DNA of 64,000 nucleotides, from the IMG/VR virus record IMGVR_UViG_3300048609_000068, positions 1 to 64,000 of that record; one strand, written 5' to 3'. The stretch comes from a virus. Lineage: Duplodnaviria > Caudoviricetes. Made by a program: the position numbers and the translations under genes. The notes beneath the pieces were generated by a model that was not told the origin of the DNA, did not search any database, and was given only the letters and a program-made list of their open reading frames with translations. Within the stretch, counting starts at the first letter, position 1. Every line of letters starts with the position of its first letter. This document shows positions 56,057 to 64,000 of this stretch, in pieces.

Positions 56057-57472
56057 ATGGTAAGCACTAAAGGTTTAGAAACTATTCTTATTGAACTTAG
56101 GACATTCTTGAGAGCTTATAACAGGAGTCTTTCTACAGGAGATAACAGTTTCATAAAAGATCTTCTTCTTACTCCGTATTCTGTTGGAGCTCAAGCTATT
56201 CTCGATCAAGTGTCTATCGCAAAAGATCTCCATTTGCTTTCTCAAGTGGTTGGTTCTGACCTAGATAATGAAGGAACAAACTACAAGAAAGAAAGATTGG
56301 CTGGGAAGTATGCGTATACTACATTATATTTTTATACAAGTGTCGCGCCTGTGGCTGACGTTGTAATTCCTATTAGCACACAGGCAAAAACATCAGAGAC
56401 CCCAATGATCTCTCCTGTCAGTTTCTCAACGATTGCAAACGCGACGTTTGCTTTTTCAAGCGCGGCAAGCTACTTTTCTTATGATCGGAATCGGTATGAA
56501 TTTCCTGTTTTAGCCATATGCGACTTGATTGGTACGCAAGGAAACATTGGAAACGGATATATTAATAAGATTGTTAGTTCTGTTCCTGGGGTCCAAGGCG
56601 TCACTAACTTGTATGCAGCAACTGGGGGTCAAGATGAAGAAAGCGATGATGACTTCCGTGAACGAATCCGTCTTGCGACAACTGGCAGAGATCTCAACGT
56701 CATTAACGGTCTTCGTGGCTACATTCGCGGTTACAACTTTACAGATGCCTACCCTGTCCGTGTAGAAGATTCAGACGCTGAACGCTATGATGGGATTGAC
56801 GTGTTTGTTATCTCTCCTCAGTATACGTCTGTCACGGAGACATTTACTTATTATGCGGCAACGCCACATTACAATCTTGCAAACCGTCCGGTGAATGCCG
56901 TGACTTCTGTGGTTGGAAGCACCATGGGAGTTACTTCCGAATACGATGCTTATATTGATAACACGAATCAGTACCGAAGAAGCATCTATGCAGATGATTA
57001 CCTTGAAATCCGTGCAGCAGCTCTCTGGCCTGAAGGAGAGACTTTTACGGTTACGTATAGTTATTCTGAAAGCATCGTCAACATGCAATCTGAAATCGAT
57101 CAGGATGACAACAAAATCCTGACCGCGAATGTTGTTGTCAAACGTGCTTATCCGTTGAGTCTCATGATGACGGCAACGCTTACATTGATGGCAAACGCAG
57201 ACGGTCCTGCAACAAGAAGTAAAGTAAGGAATGCGCTTGCACAATTCCTTTCTGAATACAGAATGGGACTAAACATTCAAAAGAGCGATCTCATTGTGGT
57301 GATGCAAACTGGCTATGGAGATTATCCAGTAAACACTGTAGATGCTGTCATTCTAAATAGTGCGGACTATTGGCTTGTTGACGAATTTGGAACAACGTAT
57401 CTACCTGTCAGTGAGACCATCGAAGTATCCAACAAGCAGTATGTTGTGTACGGAACCATCAACATTCTCTAG
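56057..57472 (+). CDS. Baseplate J/gp47-like wedge protein
   Basis: DLDNEG...R..G..A, GTQGNIG..I, VTN..AATGGQDEESDDDFRERI. Confidence 0.85.
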   Translation: MVSTKGLETILIELRTFLRAYNRSLSTGDNSFIKDLLLTPYSVGAQAILDQVSIAKDLHLLSQVVGSDLDNEGTNYKKERLAGKYAYTTLYFYTSVAPVADVVIPISTQAKTSETPMISPVSFSTIANATFAFSSAASYFSYDRNRYEFPVLAICDLIGTQGNIGNGYINKIVSSVPGVQGVTNLYAATGGQDEESDDDFRERIRLATTGRDLNVINGLRGYIRGYNFTDAYPVRVEDSDAERYDGIDVFVISPQYTSVTETFTYYAATPHYNLANRPVNAVTSVVGSTMGVTSEYDAYIDNTNQYRRSIYADDYLEIRAAALWPEGETFTVTYSYSESIVNMQSEIDQDDNKILTANVVVKRAYPLSLMMTATLTLMANADGPATRSKVRNALAQFLSEYRMGLNIQKSDLIVVMQTGYGDYPVNTVDAVILNSADYWLVDEFGTTYLPVSETIEVSNKQYVVYGTINIL

Positions 57473-57483
57473 GAGACCCTCCT

Positions 57484-60400
57484 GTGCGTGTTCTTTGGGT
57501 ATCTCCTGTTGGAAATGACTCCACGGCTACTGGGTCTAGAGAGCTTCCATTCCTGACAATTGAAGCTGCAATGGCTGTCTTTGTGTCTGGAGACCAGATC
57601 CGACTGGAAACAGGGACATACACTCCTGCTGATTCTCTGATATTTTCTTCTTTAGATGGATCGATTGTATCGGACACCCCTGGAAGCGCTACGATTCAAC
57701 CCGTGCAGACTACGAATGCAGCTACCATTCTTATTTCTGATTGCGAGAGATTTACTGTCAGAGGCTTGTGCATTGTTCAGGCATCGACGCCATCGAATAA
57801 CTCTATGGGGATCCAAGCTATCTCCGTGGATCACTTTATTTGTGACTCCTGCATCATCCGAGATTTCTTGGTTACGAACACCGATTCCTATGGAATATAC
57901 GTGTCGGACAGTTATGGAATAGTGATTAGATGCCACGTAGAAAACATTACGAACACCTACGGAAATATTTATGGTGTAGTAGCGTATACGCTAGACATTG
58001 TTGATTGCCATACCTATGATCTTAACGGAACTCTTGCCGTGGTTGGGATCTATGCTGGGAAATTGTGGTATCTGCAAGATCTAATCGCATACTACAAATT
58101 TGAATTGAATGCGAATGATTCTTCAGATAATGATTACCATGGCACACTAGAGAGCTCCAACATTCCTTGGGATTATAATGATGATACACACTCAACGGGG
58201 TATGCTGTATGGGACAGTAACAGAAATGTTGTTTTGATGCTCAATGTTAATGAAACGCTGGAATGGGACGGTGTAAACTGGAAGGATCGATCGCATCCGT
58301 CACAATCGATTCTTCCTTTAGGTGTATCCTGGTCCCGATGGACTGGTTTTGGACTGGCATTTGATCGTTCGAGAAACGTTGCAGTGACCTTTGGTGGCAT
58401 TATAAGCGATCCTGGATTTGCGTATTTAGATTCTACGTTTGAGTGGAGTAGCGCTAACAGAGCGTGGGTAGAGGTATTTCCCGCGCATAAACCTTCCGCG
58501 AGAAGATCGCATGCCCTTGGTTACGATGAGACGCGCCATGAGATTGTCCTGTTTGGCGGATATACAGGGGCTCCTAACGATGAAACCTGGGTATGGGATG
58601 GCGTTGATTGGACTCAAAGATTCCCTGCAAGCAAGCCAAGTGCTCGGGGAAAGGCTTCGTTTGCATGGGATAGCGATCGTGAAAAGTTGTTTCTCTTTGG
58701 GGGTTGGAACGAAGTAACCAGATACCAAGACTGCTGGGAGTGGGATGGAACGAACTGGACTGACGTTACGCCAGGTGGATTAAAACCAGAAATAAGACAT
58801 TCTGGAGAGATGGTGTATGACCGAGTAAATAATTGTATGATCTTGTTTGGTGGGTATGCTATAGTTGGTGTTTCACTTATACATATGTGCGATACTTGGA
58901 AGTGGGAATGGACCGGCGGTGTTCCTTCTTGGACTGAGCTTACCCCTACTTCCACTCCTGGAAATGATGTTGGTGGAATAGCCTATGATGAAGTACGGCA
59001 CCAGATAGTTCTTTGCAGAACTTGGCTCTGGAATGGAACAAACTGGAAAGGTGACTGCCCACTAAATATAACCTATCCTGCAGCTGCTTATGATTCACGA
59101 AGGAAAATAGTTGTTCAATTTGGAGGAGGGATTTTATTCGGAGTTGTCAAGGTTACCAGTCAAAACACATTTGAATGGGACGGATGCAAGTGGTCAGATA
59201 AAACTTTGGATTCTGGGAATCCTCCGGCAAGGTATTATTCCAAGATGTGCTATGACGTTCTTAGGAATAGAACAGTTTTGTTTGGTGGCTTTGACGGAGA
59301 TGTTACTAATTTTCAAGATACATGGGAATGGAATGGAATTACCTGGACGGAACGGTTTCCTATGGATAAACCGTCTGTCCGTAGAGATTTTGCAATGGCT
59401 TATGACAGTGTGAGGAACCGTACCGTCTTATTCGGTGGGTGGAACGGCGTACTAAATTATCAGGACACGTGGGAATGGGATGGAACTAACTGGACGGAAA
59501 TATTGCCTGTTGCTAAACCTTCTGCACGGTACGGGTGTACCGCAACGTTTGATAGCGTCCGGAATCGTGTTGTTCTCTTTGGAGGATACGACGTTGATTA
59601 TTTACAGGACACTTGGGAATGGAATGGAGTTAACTGGGTGGATGTAACGCCTGGTGGATTGAAACCAGATGCACGGTTCGGTGCTAATTTCGCCTATGAT
59701 TCGTATAGAAATAAAATTATTATGTCTTATGGAGAAAATGCTGTTTGGGGATCATTTGCCGATACTTGGGAATGGGACGGTGGTACAGCGACTTGGACTC
59801 AAAGAATTCCAATGGGTATCAGCGAGCCAAGTTCCTCTAAAACGGTTGGACATATGGTTTATGATTCCGAGCATCGTTGCATGGTTGTTTACTCGTGGCC
59901 TGACGTTGCTCCAACAGCATCTTTTGGTCTATACTCTAGCGGCAAAATTGGAAGAGGGCTTGTATGTGACGGCTACTATGATAATGTTCCGAATGCCATT
60001 GGGTATCGTCAAGCAGTTATTTTACCGGATGATATTAATAATGATATTTTAGCTTACAAGGCGTTATCCATTTCCTGTTTTGTAAAAATTCGTTTATATG
60101 ATTCTCCACCTACAGAAAAACAAATGTTTGTTTCGCGATTACTCGACATCGGTGGAGTTTATACGGGATCTTTTGGGTTTGGAACGTTTACTGACCATGA
60201 GAAATTGGAAGCCAAGGTTATTTTTAGCGGTGGGATAGCAACGGCGAAATCGTCGTTTCGATTGGTGTCTGACACATGGTATCATGTTGGAATGACTGTT
60301 TCTGAAAGCGACAGCATCATAAGGTTATATATCAATGGAAAACTCGACACAGTTGGTGTTGCATCGAGTGGGACTTTTATTGATACTGAAGCAGGAGCAA

Positions 60401-60552
60401 AAATGTTGATTGGTGCAAATCAGTGTACTTTGCTTTCCCAGCGGGGGGATTGGCTGGACGGAGTGATCGACAATGTTATTATGTATGGGCGTGTTCTTAC
60501 TGCTGCGGAGATGGCGTTACTTTGTAAAGACGGTTTAGGATTTTCTTGGTAG
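57484..60552 (+). CDS. Tail fibre/spike: beta-helix anchor, ~12 kelch-like repeats and a split LamG domain
   Basis: WVSP.GND...G..E.PF.TI N-terminus; repeated YDS.R.R.VLFGG...DTWEWDG..W; C-terminal WYHV...LYINGKL...IDNV..Y.RVLT. Confidence 0.8.
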   Translation: MRVLWVSPVGNDSTATGSRELPFLTIEAAMAVFVSGDQIRLETGTYTPADSLIFSSLDGSIVSDTPGSATIQPVQTTNAATILISDCERFTVRGLCIVQASTPSNNSMGIQAISVDHFICDSCIIRDFLVTNTDSYGIYVSDSYGIVIRCHVENITNTYGNIYGVVAYTLDIVDCHTYDLNGTLAVVGIYAGKLWYLQDLIAYYKFELNANDSSDNDYHGTLESSNIPWDYNDDTHSTGYAVWDSNRNVVLMLNVNETLEWDGVNWKDRSHPSQSILPLGVSWSRWTGFGLAFDRSRNVAVTFGGIISDPGFAYLDSTFEWSSANRAWVEVFPAHKPSARRSHALGYDETRHEIVLFGGYTGAPNDETWVWDGVDWTQRFPASKPSARGKASFAWDSDREKLFLFGGWNEVTRYQDCWEWDGTNWTDVTPGGLKPEIRHSGEMVYDRVNNCMILFGGYAIVGVSLIHMCDTWKWEWTGGVPSWTELTPTSTPGNDVGGIAYDEVRHQIVLCRTWLWNGTNWKGDCPLNITYPAAAYDSRRKIVVQFGGGILFGVVKVTSQNTFEWDGCKWSDKTLDSGNPPARYYSKMCYDVLRNRTVLFGGFDGDVTNFQDTWEWNGITWTERFPMDKPSVRRDFAMAYDSVRNRTVLFGGWNGVLNYQDTWEWDGTNWTEILPVAKPSARYGCTATFDSVRNRVVLFGGYDVDYLQDTWEWNGVNWVDVTPGGLKPDARFGANFAYDSYRNKIIMSYGENAVWGSFADTWEWDGGTATWTQRIPMGISEPSSSKTVGHMVYDSEHRCMVVYSWPDVAPTASFGLYSSGKIGRGLVCDGYYDNVPNAIGYRQAVILPDDINNDILAYKALSISCFVKIRLYDSPPTEKQMFVSRLLDIGGVYTGSFGFGTFTDHEKLEAKVIFSGGIATAKSSFRLVSDTWYHVGMTVSESDSIIRLYINGKLDTVGVASSGTFIDTEAGAKMLIGANQCTLLSQRGDWLDGVIDNVIMYGRVLTAAEMALLCKDGLGFSW

Positions 60553-60562
60553 GAGTTGCAAA

Positions 60563-63133
60563 GTGAACATCATTTGGGTTTCTCCTTTTGGAAGTGACAC
60601 GACCGGTGACGGATCGGAACAATCTCCTTATCTTACGATAGAAAAAGCACTTACTATTTTTGTTCCTGAAGATCAGATCAGGTTGAAGGACGGGACATAT
60701 ACCCCTGTAGATAGCCTTGTATTTTCTGGTTCTGGGTCTCTTGTAGCGGACAATCCATGGGAAGTTACAATCCAGCCATCCGCTGTATCTGCAACAAGCG
60801 CTGTAATTTCGATTGCTAATGCGTATAGGTTTACGATACGTGGAATCATTATAAAACAGGCCGTAGATCCAACGGGAAATTTTGTTGGGATTGCAGCAGA
60901 CACCGTTACTTATTTTGTATGTGAATCGTGTTCCGTAGAAGACTTTACTGCGAATTCGGCATCTTTACGTGGGATTTCAGTAAATGATTGTGGTGGGGTA
61001 ATAAAAGATTGCTCCGTCGATAATTTTTACAATGCCGGAGCAAATATTTATGGTGTTTATGCACAAGATCTGGAAGTGGTTAATTGCGTGATAGGGTCAC
61101 TCATAGGTGCTGCTGGAACTACGGTTGTTGGGGTAGATACCGATGGGGGAATTTTTTGGCCAAGAGTTGTTAGCGCCGCATTTGTAGATCTTTTTACCGT
61201 CGATGTTGTATTTGATAAGGTAATGAACGCAGATTTTGAATTAACAAATCCTGCTAACTATACATTTACGGGAGGTGTAGTAACTGCTTTAGGTGTTACT
61301 ATTCTAAGTACCACTTCGGTTAGAATCTCAACAAATGAAATGCCACCTGCAACTTATACGATTGTTGTCGCACGTGATGTTACAGATTCTGGTGGTCATC
61401 CTATTGACCCCGCGCATAATTCTGCATTATTTACTGCGCTCGCGGTTGCTCCGCGAGTTCAATCTGCGTCCGGTTCGTGGAGATTTGTTACGGTTACATT
61501 TGATATGGATATGTTAAACGATGCAGCATTAAATACTCCAGGTAATTATGTACTTGATTCTGGTGCTGTTGTTACTTCGGTGACTGTGGATTCTACTACG
61601 CAGGTTACGCTGCATACGGACATTCGCCAAACTGCTGGAACGTACTCAGTTACTGTATCAAATGTAAGAAGTTTGTCCTATGGAGTTCTGATCGATCCCG
61701 CGCATAATTCTGGTCCTTATACAATATCTTTACTTGCAAATAGATTGCTCATAGGGTTTGGCCCTGCTTATGTAGTTCCTGGTTATGGAACTTATTATCC
61801 GCCATGCGCGCGAGTATATGACCCTAATTCACAGACGGTTACCCCCAATGATACGATTTCACCACTAATAAGATGGCATCATGGTTGTGCCAGAGGTTCC
61901 CCTGCTGGAGCACTTGTAGGGTACGGAAGTGTTAGTAACAATATAAAAAATGCATGGGCAAATTACACAGTTGGTGTCGGATGGACTTTAGCTGGTTACA
62001 ATATTGCCAACTATGCACCCGGTGAGCCACTTACTAATGACATAACAATGGATGCCAGTTCTCTTGTTGTACTCGGGTGGTTTGGCCTGAATCCTAACAC
62101 GCGCTCTACTACTGGAACTAAACTGTTATTACCTGTACCTGGCCCATTCACTTGGTTTCCGCCTGCGACGGTTACAACTTTTGGATATAGTGGTGCTAAG
62201 TTTAGAACACCTACTTCTACGCAATGGATCGGTTCTGCGAAGATTGCAGGGGTATTTCAGGCGTGCATAGCAACAAATCAGGCTACGGTTCCGCCTATCA
62301 TTGAATACGTATCGAATTGGCCAGTGTCTAAAACATTAGGGCATTGCTTTCTTGATGCACATCAAGGTCCTGGTGGTGAGTTCATCGTAGGAAATTGTGA
62401 TGGGCGATATCTTCATGATATGGTGGAATGTCAAATGCCTGTATGGGGTCAAGTTGTAACTGCTTCCTCCGTTCATAAATCTAGTTTTATATGGCCTATC
62501 ACATGGAACAATTTGGTGTATAATGACTACATAACGTTTAATTTTAATCCTGCTACGAACATGTTGAAAGTGTACATTGGCGCTACTGGAACTCCTGTTA
62601 CATATGGTGCAGAAGTTGACATTTCTGTAGATGGTCTTCATACCATTTATAATAGTGGCGCGACGAAATCAGTGGTTGTTCGAACGCAAATTGCTAACAA
62701 ACCGGGGGTAACTACAACTTACGATCAGGGACGTGCTAGATATCTTATGTGTGAATCTGTGTATAATTTGGACAGTACAAATACTTTTTTCATGTGTATA
62801 AATCCTACTGTATATAACTCTATCCATATTATTCATTATGATGGGATTACTTATAAAGATATTACTCCTTATGTAGCCCATTTTCAGTTTTTTGGAAAAA
62901 TAAGTGGCTGGGGTTCTTGGACTCCTCAGTATCTGGACGTTGGGCGTCGTTTATGTGTGATTGCTGCAGACATTAACAATGTTTATGCAGTATTTTGTCA
63001 AATGAATGTAAATATGTATAATGGTAATTCGTGGGGGGCCGGGGTTCATATAGACGCAGAGGATCCAGTATTTGGCACAGTTTTCATTTCGCATTCTCCT
63101 GGTAGTACAAGTAACATGAACTTTATTTTTTAG
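60563..63133 (+). CDS. Tail fibre/spike: same beta-helix anchor, two Ig-like domains and an AT-rich C-terminal receptor-binding region
   Basis: N-terminal ~190 aa paralogous to 57484; two PRV.SA...V.V.FD..M...L..P.NY repeats. Confidence 0.75.
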   Translation: MNIIWVSPFGSDTTGDGSEQSPYLTIEKALTIFVPEDQIRLKDGTYTPVDSLVFSGSGSLVADNPWEVTIQPSAVSATSAVISIANAYRFTIRGIIIKQAVDPTGNFVGIAADTVTYFVCESCSVEDFTANSASLRGISVNDCGGVIKDCSVDNFYNAGANIYGVYAQDLEVVNCVIGSLIGAAGTTVVGVDTDGGIFWPRVVSAAFVDLFTVDVVFDKVMNADFELTNPANYTFTGGVVTALGVTILSTTSVRISTNEMPPATYTIVVARDVTDSGGHPIDPAHNSALFTALAVAPRVQSASGSWRFVTVTFDMDMLNDAALNTPGNYVLDSGAVVTSVTVDSTTQVTLHTDIRQTAGTYSVTVSNVRSLSYGVLIDPAHNSGPYTISLLANRLLIGFGPAYVVPGYGTYYPPCARVYDPNSQTVTPNDTISPLIRWHHGCARGSPAGALVGYGSVSNNIKNAWANYTVGVGWTLAGYNIANYAPGEPLTNDITMDASSLVVLGWFGLNPNTRSTTGTKLLLPVPGPFTWFPPATVTTFGYSGAKFRTPTSTQWIGSAKIAGVFQACIATNQATVPPIIEYVSNWPVSKTLGHCFLDAHQGPGGEFIVGNCDGRYLHDMVECQMPVWGQVVTASSVHKSSFIWPITWNNLVYNDYITFNFNPATNMLKVYIGATGTPVTYGAEVDISVDGLHTIYNSGATKSVVVRTQIANKPGVTTTYDQGRARYLMCESVYNLDSTNTFFMCINPTVYNSIHIIHYDGITYKDITPYVAHFQFFGKISGWGSWTPQYLDVGRRLCVIAADINNVYAVFCQMNVNMYNGNSWGAGVHIDAEDPVFGTVFISHSPGSTSNMNFIF

Positions 63134-63182
63134 CAGAATACAGAAATTAATTTAAGTTTATGGTTAGGGCTAAAATAAAAAA

Positions 63183-64000
63183 ATGACCGTTCCAGGCTAC
63201 ATCGACAATTCAACGATCAGCAGAAGCAACACGATCCAGATCCGTGGAAACACGGTCTCTGATCTCCAAGGTGGAACTGTCGTTGCGTTCAATATTGCCC
63301 ACGTAGATAATGTTCTTGTCAAAAATAATAAAGCTCTCAGAATCAGGTCAACGACAGGATCTGCTGTTGGATTCAAAGTTGACTACGCGCTCCATGCAAT
63401 TTTTCTTTATAATGTAGCGAGCAGAACAAACTATGGTTTTTATCTGACGAACGTTGCAACGCTTGATGTTTACAATGCAACTGCCCATAATTGCACCCGT
63501 GGGTTTTATGTCGATGGCGCTGACGGGACCTTCAAAAATATTTCGATTTCTGCCTATCCAGATTCTTCTTTATACCGCGTAGCGGTTGGTATTTACTCCG
63601 GTGCTGGATTTACCCAGGATGTTGATTACACATACCATGCAGGATTAGCTGCCCTTGTTGAATCGGGCACGGTCACACAAGGGACGATAGTAGAAGAAAA
63701 GCGGATTCTTTATCTTGATGAACCAAACGATGATCTGACACCGGACTACATCTCAGAGCTCGTGAACACAGGGACATCCAATCCCATCTATGACGCTCCA
63801 GACATTGGTGGAGTCGAGACAACCATCACAGACGAGGTAACCACAAAACTAAATTATTTCTATGATCTGATCGACAATACTTTCTGGGATATCGACAACG
63901 AAAAAGCCGCTGAAGTGAGCCTGATCAAAGCTTTCCAGAGCCGTGTCCTTGCTGCTTCTGAAGTGGATGAACGGAACATGGAGAGAGATCTTTATTTGAA
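63183..64000 (+). CDS. Baseplate/fibre-associated protein starting with beta-helix rungs (runs off the window)
   Basis: Hand translation from ATG 63183 is open to the window end (MTVPGYIDNSTISRSNTIQIRGNTVSDLQGG...). It is not in the supplied ORF track because it has no stop in the window. Confidence 0.75.
   Translation, partial: MTVPGYIDNSTISRSNTIQIRGNTVSDLQGGTVVAFNIAHVDNVLVKNNKALRIRSTTGSAVGFKVDYALHAIFLYNVASRTNYGFYLTNVATLDVYNATAHNCTRGFYVDGADGTFKNISISAYPDSSLYRVAVGIYSGAGFTQDVDYTYHAGLAALVESGTVTQGTIVEEKRILYLDEPNDDLTPDYISELVNTGTSNPIYDAPDIGGVETTITDEVTTKLNYFYDLIDNTFWDIDNEKAAEVSLIKAFQSRVLAASEVDERNMERDLYL

Noticed and set aside
1949-63133. Stop-codon reassignment (as in some large phages)
   Set aside because: Genes tile densely in the standard code, and TAA, TAG and TGA all end genes at sensible boundaries.
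1-64000. Prophage boundaries or integrase
   Set aside because: No integrase, att-like repeat or run of host housekeeping genes in the window; lifestyle cannot be determined.

Overview
This window is part of a large tailed dsDNA bacteriophage with a contractile tail (myovirus-type Caudoviricetes), read almost entirely on the + strand in the standard genetic code. 1-2070 is non-coding: an AT/GATC-rich, hairpin-dense segment followed by an A/T-tract and palindrome block, which are candidates for a replication origin and a packaging or terminus site. 2075-8337 holds accessory genes: GT9 glycosyltransferase, truncated nucleoside deoxyribosyltransferase-like gene, antisense AbiEi-like fragment, sigma factor, spanin-like pair and RmlA/SpsI-like nucleotidyltransferase. 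8349-22554 is the packaging and head module: WYL protein, TerL, DUF192 protein, portal, amidase, metalloprotease, PD-(D/E)XK nuclease, prohead protease, scaffold, decoration protein and major capsid protein. It is followed by small genes, a neck adaptor and a free-standing LAGLIDADG endonuclease. A ~13 kb block of paralogous head-spike/LamG fibre genes follows, then neck, sheath, tube, frameshifted chaperones, tape measure, baseplate (interrupted by an antisense DHH gene) and tail fibres. The strongest novelty candidates are (i) putative head-spike/fibre proteins that carry Sec-type signal peptides and (ii) an inverted pair of hairpin elements with compensatory base changes flanking the putative origin. 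No integrase, tRNA, CRISPR array or reverse transcriptase was seen. All family assignments come from motifs recognised by eye and from gene order; no database search was run.
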